The notes beneath the pieces are model-generated. The model saw nothing but the letters and a program-made list of their open reading frames with translations, was not told the DNA's origin and did no database searches. A DNA stretch of 64,000 nt, taken from assembly GCA_963811105.1 (NCBI GenBank), contig CAWEPZ010000013.1, positions 32,001 to 96,000 of the forward strand. The letters are read 5' to 3'. Made by a program: the position numbers and the translations under genes. Positions within the stretch are counted from its first letter, which is position 1. Each line of letters opens with the position of its first letter. Below, piece by piece: positions 42,001 through 51,025 of this stretch. The stretch comes from Candidatus Bathyarchaeota archaeon. Lineage in GTDB: Archaea; Thermoproteota; Bathyarchaeia; Bathyarchaeales; Bathycorpusculaceae.

Positions 42001-42522
42001 ACCAACCTGATTCGCTAGGAGGCTGTAAGCATTTTATTTCAACCGAATGTAAAATTTAGCAAAGACATAATAAACTTTTGCCAATACAAAGACTGATGTA
42101 TTTTAGAAAGATAGTATTTTGGGAAGGCTGTTTGCGTTGCGCTGGATAAGACTTTTGAGCGGTTGCTTTTTTGGGATTTGAAATTGTGAGTTGGTTTTAG
42201 GCTTTGGGCAATTTTCACTACATTCGCTGAGTTATGTTTTTCGCGTCCTTTTTGTTCAGTTTGTTTAGGGTGCTTTTTTGATTTAGAATTTGAATCTTTT
42301 GCAGGTTGCGGTTTCATTGGTGAGCAATTGGGAGATTTGTGCGAAATTGCGAGGTATGCGTGAAAAAGGTTAACCTATTCACCCCTAAATCAAAAAGGCA
42401 CTTTCAAAACTGTCATAAAGAATGAAAAATCTCATCCAAGCTCCTAAGCTATAAAGCCTTCAGAGGCCATAATCTGGGATTACAAGAACAAGCAAACAGA
42501 AAAATATCATAAGAGTGCATCT

Positions 42523-43026
42523 ATGAAAAAACTAACTGCAATACCCACAATTATAAGCTCTGTGCGAATCGCAATCCTACCTCTATTCATTTACAGTTAT
42601 AACCCAACAAACGTAATCATTTGCTTAATTTTGCTTGCTTTTTCAGCTGCAACAGATTTTTTTGATGGTTACTTAGCTAGAAAATTGAGGTCAACCTCGA
42701 GGTTTGGGTCCTACTACGATGCAACAACAGATTTTATTCTGGTGATTGGCATATTTGCATTTTTTTCAATTAAAGGATTTTACCCAATCTGGTTATTATT
42801 ACTTATTGCGACATCATTTTTTCAGTTCTTGGTTATAAGCCATTACGACAAAAGAATCTATGATCCTATAGGAAAATATATTGGAAGCGCCCTCTACACA
42901 GGCATAGTCCTAACGCTTGTTTTCCCAGAACAATTTACATACAGTTTTGTGCAATTTGCCTTCGTAGGATTCTTCTTGGTTTCACTCGGAAGCCGCATAA
43001 TAAGCTTAAAGCGAATACACGATTAA
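42523..43026 (+). CDS. CDP-alcohol phosphatidyltransferase family protein
   Basis: TDFFDGYLARKL..TSRFGSYYDATTD signature; multiple TM helices. Confidence 0.88.
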   Translation: MKKLTAIPTIISSVRIAILPLFIYSYNPTNVIICLILLAFSAATDFFDGYLARKLRSTSRFGSYYDATTDFILVIGIFAFFSIKGFYPIWLLLLIATSFFQFLVISHYDKRIYDPIGKYIGSALYTGIVLTLVFPEQFTYSFVQFAFVGFFLVSLGSRIISLKRIHD

Positions 43027-43820
43027 ACTGATCAACTTTTTGCTCTTTGCATTTTTCCAAAACTTGCCTTCCAAAATCAATTATCTCTACCGAGTAAAAA
43101 TCACAGGGTAGCAATTTTTCTAAGACAGCTGGATTATTTATGAGCAATAATTTGTCCAGAACCATAATTGCTTCATTTATGTCTGCTGGAGTTAAGCTTG
43201 TTTTCTTAATGTAGTTGTTCACCTTTCGCAAATTCATCTTCATCAAATTCTGGAAGAGCGACAAGTACTTTCTTTGCGTTCACATAATGACGTTAAAATC
43301 ATCAAGGCTAAAGTCATCAAACGTTCATTTCACCTCATTTAAATTAATGGAATCTTGAACATAGAAACAATTTGAAGAAATCTTACCGAGACCTTTCGAC
43401 TCTCAAGTCATTAAAATGGAAGGTTATACAGAGTTGGATGGCGAACAACTGCAGTGATAAATAGCAATTAATACCGATTGACTGAATTAAGATCTAACTC
43501 ATGGCTAAACTAAAATAACTTTTTTGTATTCTCCTTTCGCGTGGTTTCAACCTTTGCCAGAAAAAATTTCTGCAAATACACCCGATTTACCCAAACAAAT
43601 TCGAGTTTCAACAGACATATGCCTAATGAAATACCTTTTTTCTTTTTGGGTTGTTTAATTAGTTAGGTAATAATTAAAATAAATAAAGAAAAACAAGAAA
43701 ATCCTATAAATGGTTCTTGAAGAGTAGATATATCAATTTTTGAAATATTTAGAGCGTTGAAAGTTTCCTTATGTTGTCCGGGTTCGCTCCAGGCTTTAAT
43801 TGTTAAGGAGTTTGGAAAAA

Positions 43821-43910
43821 ATGGAAGTTAAAATGTGGTTGGGGTTAATTGGGATTTGCATTGTTTTCTCAGTTACTTCCTATATATGCTATATATTCTT
43901 AACGCGATAA
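43821..43910 (+). CDS. Putative 29-aa single-TM microprotein (MEVKMWLGLIGICIVFSVTSYICYIFLTR)
   Basis: AAGGAG RBS upstream; uninterrupted hydrophobic stretch. Confidence 0.35.
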   Translation: MEVKMWLGLIGICIVFSVTSYICYIFLTR

Positions 43911-44139
43911 AGCTAATCTCTAAAAAAAGTAAGCAACAATAAGGCAAAAAGCAAAATAATGCCGATAACTGAGATTTTGTTAGTTGAAGACTTCATTTTA
44001 TTATCTATTCGTATCCAAAATCATTACTCGATATAAAAGTCAGAGCTAAAATTCAAGTTCGTTTAAAATATTTTGAAATATTTAGAACCCAACATGTAAT
44101 TAAGGAAAGAATTATATTCCTGATTCTTATGATACTTGA

Positions 44140-44442
44140 ATGGTGATTTATTTGGTGGACTTTAATAAACTTTCTGGGAAATTTGTTATTTGTGCCGGCG
44201 GCTTTGATCTCGGAGATGTTAATGGGATAGAAATGAACACTGACACTTGGCAAGTTACCCATTTACATGTAAGATTGTCAAAACAAGCATCCGAGGACCT
44301 GGGATTCAAAACAAGATTCACAAGCAAAACTGTATGCTTGCCTACATCATTAGTTTCTAAAATTGGAGACAATATATTGTTAAACAAGTCTCTTGAAGAA
44401 TTAACCAAACACCCAGAAATTTATGAGTGCCGAGAGTTATAG
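44140..44442 (+). CDS. PRC-barrel domain protein
   Basis: LSGKFVICAGGFDLGDVNGIEMN..TWQVTHL...LPTSLVSKIGDNILL. Confidence 0.8.
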   Translation: MVIYLVDFNKLSGKFVICAGGFDLGDVNGIEMNTDTWQVTHLHVRLSKQASEDLGFKTRFTSKTVCLPTSLVSKIGDNILLNKSLEELTKHPEIYECREL

Positions 44443-44632
44443 CTATAGCTAAATATCCAGCTAAATGCTCTTGATTACTTTTATTTTTTTTATAACATTA
44501 ACTGCTTTTTTCAGTTCCGTTAAATCACCTTGAATTATTCCTTACAAGTCAGGGACTTAATTCTCGGAAAAAACACAAAAAATTATAGGATTCCGCCAAG
44601 CGCGCTCGCCACCATTGAAGCGATTAGTTTTC

Positions 44633-44863
44633 TTAGGCTTTCTTTGTTTGCCTATGGTTAGTTGCCATATGCAAATCAAGATCACTCTTAGTATTGAATG
44701 ATTTTCCGCAAATTGGGCAATCGAAAGCCCCTGTCTCGATCTTCTCAATTGTCTCATGATTAGGTAACGGGTTCTTTACGTCTGGTGAAGGCGGAATAAT
44801 CTCATTTGTTTCTGGGGGAAGTTCTGGTTCCGGTTTGATGAAGGGTAAGTCTGGTTCAGTCAT
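44633..44863 (-). CDS. Small protein with Pro-rich N-terminus and a single C2H2 zinc finger
   Basis: FDCPICGKSFNTKSDLDLHMATNH. Confidence 0.75.
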   Translation of the reverse strand: MTEPDLPFIKPEPELPPETNEIIPPSPDVKNPLPNHETIEKIETGAFDCPICGKSFNTKSDLDLHMATNHRQTKKA

Positions 44864-45227
44864 ATTGAATCAGAAATCACTAGCTGGCTTCTTTTTCTTA
44901 AAACTTTGTGATTGCCTTCTGACAGCAACAAATTATCGCGCACCGGTTTATGTTTGTGATATGGAATGGTTAAGTTGTTATAGACATCTCATTTTAAAGC
45001 GAATTTTTTTTTATATTCTTCTTTTTTGAAATATACTTCTTAAGTCTTGAGACTACGTTATTTTTTAGGGATAAAGAAGAACTTAACAAGAAAAGAAAAT
45101 CCTTGAAGTGTCAAAAAAATATTGTTTCAAAGCCGATCTTTCACGATTGTATTATTCTCTATGAATGCTTCCCATTCTGAATGGGTGCCATCAATTTTAA
45201 ATCGACCTGTTCCTTGTTCTCTTATAG

Positions 45228-46277
45228 TTGACATTTAAGGTCGTTAATATCTTGGTTGAGAACGCTAACAAGGGTTTCGTTAAGCAATTCCCAGAGTTAA
45301 TTCGAGTTTCATTAGGCACCGCAATTGTTCTCAGATTGTTAGGTGGCAAGTTAGATGCTAAGCCCACAACAGCATACCTCATGACGTACAAAGAGGGCAA
45401 GTGCACAGCTAACTGCGGTTTCTGTCCTCAAGCGAGAGAAAGCAAAAGTAGCACGGAGTTGCTATCTAGAGTCTCGTGGCCAACCTTTCCTACTACCAGC
45501 GTTTTGGCAATTCTCGAAGAAGCCGTTAAAGAAGGAAAAATTAAGCGAGTCTGCATTCAGGCCCTAAATTACTCACAAGTTTTTTTACAGCTTCAAACGC
45601 TTGTGAAAGAAATAAAAAAACAAATCACTATATCGGTCTCGGTTTCTTGCCAACCACTCGTCAAAGAAAACATACAACTCTTAATAGAAGCAGGTGTTGA
45701 TAGGATAGGCATAGCGTTGGACGCAGCAACTGAAACCTTATTTGAAAAAATTAAGGGCGAAGACACAGGCAGCAGTTACACTTGGAAAAGTCAGTTCAGA
45801 ATCTTGGATGAAGCTACAGAAGTTTTTGGAAAAGGAAATGTTAGCACTCATGTAATTGTTGGGTTAGGCGAGACGGAGAAAGAAGTAACACAGGTAATTC
45901 AAAGATGCACGGACATGGGCATTTTGCCAGCGCTTTTTGCTTTTACGCCAATTCGAGGTACAGCATTAGAGGGCAATTCGCCACCGTCTCTGGAATCGTA
46001 TAGGCGGGTTCAGCTTGCAAGATACTTAATTGTTAATGGATCAGTGGGATTTGACGATATGCAGTTTGACTACGAAGGACAAATAATCAGTTTTGGTTTA
46101 GCGGTCGATGAATTGAAATCGGTAATTGAAAGTGGGGAACCTTTTCTAACTTCAGGCTGCAGAGATTGCAACAGACCTTTTTATAATGAAAAACCAAGCG
46201 GACCTACCTATAATTACCATAGAAAACTTAGCCGCGAAGAATTAGAAGAAATAAAACAGCAGTTTAACTTGTGTTAA
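45228..46277 (+). CDS. Radical SAM protein, biotin-synthase-related, LipS2-like
   Basis: CTANCGFC (CxxxCxxC), HVIVGLGET, LFAFTP, C-terminal TSGCRDCNRP. Confidence 0.8.
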   Translation: MTFKVVNILVENANKGFVKQFPELIRVSLGTAIVLRLLGGKLDAKPTTAYLMTYKEGKCTANCGFCPQARESKSSTELLSRVSWPTFPTTSVLAILEEAVKEGKIKRVCIQALNYSQVFLQLQTLVKEIKKQITISVSVSCQPLVKENIQLLIEAGVDRIGIALDAATETLFEKIKGEDTGSSYTWKSQFRILDEATEVFGKGNVSTHVIVGLGETEKEVTQVIQRCTDMGILPALFAFTPIRGTALEGNSPPSLESYRRVQLARYLIVNGSVGFDDMQFDYEGQIISFGLAVDELKSVIESGEPFLTSGCRDCNRPFYNEKPSGPTYNYHRKLSREELEEIKQQFNLC

Positions 46278-47623
46278 ATTATTAGTTTATCAGCTGTTTC
46301 TTGAGTCTGTTTTCTATTGTCTTTTGGCAGCTTCGGTTTTTGCCTTGTGACTTGCTCAACCAAACGCCAAAACTCATCCATCGTGTAGCCTTTCAGCAGA
46401 TCTTTCATGAGTTTCTTCACCTGATAATATGTCATTTGTGCTTCGCCTTTGTCCAAGCTTTCTTGTGGACCCTTGATCCGCCTGAAAAGCTCATCCATTT
46501 GCCTGGGTGAAGCGCGGATTCCAGCTTTTTCCAAAAGTTTCTGAATAAGGGTTTGCCCAGTGTTTCTGCCAATAAAAAGCATTGTTTCTCTACCTACGAT
46601 TTCAGGTGGAAAAGGCTCGAAAAGTAGAGGTTGCCCCATCATTTCTTCTATGTCTTCTTCCACTTCATGAGTGAAAATGTTTTCGCCAATGATTGGTTTG
46701 TGGAATTGAATGGGTAGGGCGAAGGCTTTCTCTGCTGATTGAGCAAGCCGATAGATTTTGCCCATATCTATTCCAGTGTCAATATTGTATAGTAACTCTG
46801 CTGCTGCTACAACTTCTTCAAAGGGAGCTATTCCGGCACGTTCACCAAAGCCAGCAATGCATGTGTGCAGGTAAGGAACACCTTCTTCCATTGCAGCGAG
46901 AGTGTTTGCTGATCCTAAGCCGAAGTCATTATGGCAGTGGATTGAGAGCGGAACTTTGTTTTTTACCGAATCAGAAAGCCCATCACGTATATGTGACATT
47001 AAGTAACGCATAGAAAGAGGTCTGATGAATCCGACACTATCAGCTATCCCAAGACGAATTGCTCCAGCTTTGGCTGCTGCTTCACAAACTTCAATGTTAT
47101 CTTCCAGGGTTGTTCTTGTGGCGTCCATGAGGATAAAATTAACTGTTGCTCCATGCTTTCTTACGTAGTCGATGCTTTCAATTATCCTCTGCAACGCTTG
47201 TTCCTTAGTAATCTTTAATCTGTATTTCAGGTTTAACCCGTTAATGGGTGTTTCAATAGTTATTTCTTTGATTCCGGTTTCCAAGCATGCGTTCAAACTG
47301 TTTTTGGTTGGTTCAGCCGAAGCAGTAAGCTTCGCGTGACCAAAACTTTCATTAACAATGCGTTTAACATTGCGTTTTTCATCTTCTGAAATAGCTGGGA
47401 AACCTACATTAATTATGGCTACTCCTGCTTCATCCATCAACTTTGCAAGCCTAACTTGCTCAACATAAGTTAAATAAACCGTTGGAGCCTTGATGCCTTC
47501 CCGGAAAGTCTCATCCCAAATGAAAACTCGGTCAGGAAGTTTAGGGGGCAAATTCTTTCTTAAACGATTGTAATTGGCTATTAACCCCTGAGCTTCCAGC
47601 TTCTTAAATATCGTCTTTCTCAT
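46274..47623 (-). CDS. Homocitrate/isopropylmalate synthase family (DRE-TIM) enzyme with altered motifs
   Basis: WDETFREG, VGFPA, DATRT, ADSVG, IHCHNDFGL..ANTLAA, GFGERAG, KPIIGENIFTHE. Confidence 0.82.
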   Translation of the reverse strand: MRKTIFKKLEAQGLIANYNRLRKNLPPKLPDRVFIWDETFREGIKAPTVYLTYVEQVRLAKLMDEAGVAIINVGFPAISEDEKRNVKRIVNESFGHAKLTASAEPTKNSLNACLETGIKEITIETPINGLNLKYRLKITKEQALQRIIESIDYVRKHGATVNFILMDATRTTLEDNIEVCEAAAKAGAIRLGIADSVGFIRPLSMRYLMSHIRDGLSDSVKNKVPLSIHCHNDFGLGSANTLAAMEEGVPYLHTCIAGFGERAGIAPFEEVVAAAELLYNIDTGIDMGKIYRLAQSAEKAFALPIQFHKPIIGENIFTHEVEEDIEEMMGQPLLFEPFPPEIVGRETMLFIGRNTGQTLIQKLLEKAGIRASPRQMDELFRRIKGPQESLDKGEAQMTYYQVKKLMKDLLKGYTMDEFWRLVEQVTRQKPKLPKDNRKQTQETADKLII

Positions 47624-47821
47624 CCAGACACAATCCAATAATATGAAAGCTAAACAATATGTTTAAGTTGCTTTATCCTATATAAAAACAGCATTATCAA
47701 TAGGCAAACGATTTTTTATTTACAATAAAAAAGGCGATTTTACCGTGGTTATTTAATGAATAACAGTCATAATCATTGTTTAGTCGCAGAAGTCTTGAGT
47801 GTGAAACAAGCAAGTCTATAG

Positions 47822-48038
47822 ATGCCAAAGAAAATAGTATACGAGCAACCTCAAAGATATGATTGAAAAAACAAAAAATTTAGAAACTGAAAGAAAAAAT
47901 CTTTTGATTGAAATTGAAAAACTCAAAAAAAACGGTAGATACAAAAGCTACTACTTTAGAAAAAAAAATTGCTGAATTGCACGAAGTTAAGTCGCTTAAA
48001 ATCCTTTTGGGAAAAAACAACCGAGCGCAAACCAATTA
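47822..48038 (+). pseudogene. Short coiled-coil gene, frameshifted
   Basis: Coiled-coil-like text (NLKDMIEKTKNLETERKNLLIEIEKLKK / VDTKATTLEKKIAELHEVKSLKILLG) spread over different frames across A-runs. Confidence 0.4.
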
Positions 48039-48134
48039 AAATCAGTTAATCTAATTAACTCTAAACCGCTTTCTAAAAAGACCGCTCAATCCCAAGTCAA
48101 ACAAAACAAAAATCAGTATCGTTGACTTAAAAAG

Positions 48135-48986
48135 TTAGGTCTTTGCTGTTGTTGTTCTATGAAAAAGAGTGTTTACTGCGTTAATCAGCGCGTTGCATGC
48201 AGTTTGCCTTGCCTCAACTGATGTGTCGACTTCGAGTTTTTCAAGTTCCCTATGCAAAGCGTCCACGCGCTCAGCTATATCTTGCTTTTTCTTTTCATAG
48301 CTGTCGTGCTGTTTCTCTTGTTCAGCAGTGAAGCTTTGAAGAGTTACTTCCAACTCGTTTTTTGTAGACTTTAGTTCTTGGCGTGTGAGGGTAAGCTTTT
48401 CAGCAGCCTTCCTTCGAGCGATCGGTTTGAAAAAGCTGATTTTTATTTCCTCTTGGTTTGCCAGCTCGTCTTCTAATTCACCGATTTTATGAGTTAAACG
48501 TTGAACGTCGCAGTTTCTTTTATTGCTGAGCTCTCTTGTTTTTTCAGCATATTCCTTATCGGTTTCTACTAACTGATGATTATTATCAGCTAGTTCTTTT
48601 GCTTCGCCTGTGAGATTTGATTCTTGGATTCTTTTTTCTGCAAGTGCCCCTTCTACGTCCAGTAAAATCTGCGAACGCTCCTTAACAAACTGTTCATCGG
48701 CAGTTATAACTGGGATTGACTCAAACTCTGAAACAGTTTGTCTCAAATTAACAAGCCAATCATCAAAATACTGACTGAAGGGGGAAAGGGCAAAAATCTG
48801 ATTTCCAAGCCTACTTAAGATGCCCAGAGTTTTCTCAACAACTTCTTTTGCAGAAATCTCAGTTTCTTCTTCAAAATATTTGCCAGAGGATCGCTGCTTT
48901 TTTTCTTTTGTTTTCTTTTCATGCGCTGACCTTGAATACTGTCGAGCAGCGCCTCGGCGTCCACCAGTTTGAGGTCTAAAGCTCAT
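48135..48986 (-). CDS. Hypothetical coiled-coil protein with basic N-terminus
   Basis: 283-aa ORF from MSFRPQ; long E/K/L/Q heptad-like segments. Confidence 0.75.
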   Translation of the reverse strand: MSFRPQTGGRRGAARQYSRSAHEKKTKEKKQRSSGKYFEEETEISAKEVVEKTLGILSRLGNQIFALSPFSQYFDDWLVNLRQTVSEFESIPVITADEQFVKERSQILLDVEGALAEKRIQESNLTGEAKELADNNHQLVETDKEYAEKTRELSNKRNCDVQRLTHKIGELEDELANQEEIKISFFKPIARRKAAEKLTLTRQELKSTKNELEVTLQSFTAEQEKQHDSYEKKKQDIAERVDALHRELEKLEVDTSVEARQTACNALINAVNTLFHRTTTAKT

Positions 48987-49028
48987 AAGCAAACCAAAGT
49001 ACACAAGAAATATTTAAACTGTAATGCG

Positions 49029-50063
49029 TTAAATAGCCCGAACTTTGCCTTGTGGTTTCTTTGAAGGCGCTTTAAGCGAAGCCCCAGTTGCACTCTTAGG
49101 TTTTGTTTTCTTGTTTTCTGCAGATTTACGCTTTGGGAACGTCTTTATGGTTATTAAAACTGCACCCACGATTATTATTATGATTGCTGCGTAGATAAGC
49201 CATTCGTAGGAAGGAGCTGCTGTGTTGCTACCAATTGAGCCACTTGATGTTGGATTCGTCTGAGAACCTGATTGCGAGTTTGAAGAGTCTGCAATTAGTC
49301 CGTACTCAGAAGCGGCAGGTGCAGTTCCATTAGGGAGCGGGGAGCCAGGGCGTACTATAAGCGAGTAACTTGTTATTTTTTGCTGTGGAAGTACTTGTGA
49401 CATGTTAATGTCAAATGCACCAACTTCAAATGTGGAAGTTCCTGAGGGAGATAAGGAAGCTACTTTCTGTGTTGACCATCCAGCCGAGACTGTGATGCCT
49501 GAAGCATTATAAAATGTTGCAACTACATAGATGTCTTGGGCTGTTTGGGTGCCCATATTTTTGAGGGTGCCGGTGACCCAATATGTGCCTTTATTGGTGA
49601 GAGTTGTATCAATTGAAGATGACTGACTTGTGATTTTTACATCTGAATAGGGATAATCGTTTGTCGCCGTCGCCTGGCTAACTGTGAAATCAATCCTAGA
49701 AACACTGATTGATGACCATGTTCCGTCAGCAGAGCTTTTTGGGGCGTTAAACTGTATTTCAAAGGGCACTTTCTGTTGTGGAACTATGTATATTACATAT
49801 GCTTGACCCCCAGCGTCTGCCTGATCTGTCCCATCTGCAGAATAAACAGAACCACCCAGCAAAACAGACATTACTGTGCTTGATCCTACATTTTGGATTT
49901 CACCATATACGATGAGTAAATTGTTTTGATAATCAATATTATAACTGTAATTCAAAACCTTGATGTTTTCTTCTTGAGCTGAGACGTTCGAAGCTAAAAT
50001 TGAGGTTAACGATAAAGACAGCAATGTTAATGCAATTACTATATAAATTGTGCTTTTTTTCAT
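49029..50063 (-). CDS. Secreted, C-terminally anchored protein with two FxLYD-like domains
   Basis: Signal peptide; VYGEIQNVG and VTGTLKNMG...VVATFYNASG repeats; TM helix plus basic tail. Confidence 0.75.
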   Translation of the reverse strand: MKKSTIYIVIALTLLSLSLTSILASNVSAQEENIKVLNYSYNIDYQNNLLIVYGEIQNVGSSTVMSVLLGGSVYSADGTDQADAGGQAYVIYIVPQQKVPFEIQFNAPKSSADGTWSSISVSRIDFTVSQATATNDYPYSDVKITSQSSSIDTTLTNKGTYWVTGTLKNMGTQTAQDIYVVATFYNASGITVSAGWSTQKVASLSPSGTSTFEVGAFDINMSQVLPQQKITSYSLIVRPGSPLPNGTAPAASEYGLIADSSNSQSGSQTNPTSSGSIGSNTAAPSYEWLIYAAIIIIIVGAVLITIKTFPKRKSAENKKTKPKSATGASLKAPSKKPQGKVRAI

Positions 50064-50300
50064 GAACTTCCCGCTACTCCGTATGAACTGATAGAAAAAC
50101 GCTTTGGAGTATAAAACAGTTTTTCAAAATTAGTCCTAAATTCAATTTTGCAAATTTAAGCAATATTTAGAATATGACTTTTCAATAAAGCGCACAGTAA
50201 AATCTTCAAGTCTCTTAAGAAAAACCTCCTGAGCCATGAAACTGCAGAAGCGTAATTCTTAAATGTAAAAAGATTGGATATTGCTTACTAAGGGAATCCT

Positions 50301-50780
50301 ATGGCTGAAAAGTTACATCCCTATGTAATATTTCTTCCAATAGAAAAGAAAGACAAGATACTAAGCGCTATATTCGGCTCCAAGGCCGGGGTGGACCTCT
50401 TAAGATTCTCATTAAACCTTGGGGTATCAAAAAACATCTACCAAAAGGATCTCGTTAAGAAACTAAACTACTCAAACAAAACGATTATAGAAAACCTAAA
50501 AACCCTGACCAAACTCGGCGTTTTAAACGAAAGTATGGAAAAAAATGACAAAGAAGGAAGAATCATCTGGATAAAAACCTACCAACTCACAAACCTTGGC
50601 AAATGGTTTGCCCTCTTGCTGGCTGAAGAGAAAGAACTCTCAGAACAAGAAAAAGCCGAAATCCTGCAAAGTCTATTCCGAACCTATGTGAAACAGGTTA
50701 AACTTTTAGCTGATGAGATTGGCATCAACAAAAAAATGCTTGAAGAAACGTTCAGGGAAGAAATGAAAAGCAGCCTTTAA
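50301..50780 (+). CDS. Winged-helix transcriptional regulator
   Basis: YQKDLVKKLNYSNKTIIENLKTLTKLGVL...YQLTNLGK. Confidence 0.75.
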   Translation: MAEKLHPYVIFLPIEKKDKILSAIFGSKAGVDLLRFSLNLGVSKNIYQKDLVKKLNYSNKTIIENLKTLTKLGVLNESMEKNDKEGRIIWIKTYQLTNLGKWFALLLAEEKELSEQEKAEILQSLFRTYVKQVKLLADEIGINKKMLEETFREEMKSSL

Positions 50781-51025
50781 ACTAAATCTGTTCGCTTTGT
50801 AATTGAATATGCGGATAATAATAAGGCAATATTTAAACGTCTCAGAAAAATGATAAATTGGACAAATGTTATCTTCTGTAACTCGTTTTTTCAAGAGTTT
50901 CTTTTGGTACGTGTTTTAATCATTTTTTGGTAACAATGAATTGAGATTGGTCGGTAAGTTGTCATTCTTAAATACTTCTGGGCATTAACTGTTCTTTAGC
51001 GAGTAATAACTTTTGAGGAGTAGAA

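Noticed and set aside
42039-42317. 92-aa K/Q/S-rich ORF
   Set aside because: By-product of the low-complexity skewed element
42935-43328. Possible degraded gene on the - strand (GAGGTGA RBS, ATG at 43328)
   Set aside because: Needs both a frameshift and an in-frame TGA, overlaps the neighbouring gene and has no recognisable family
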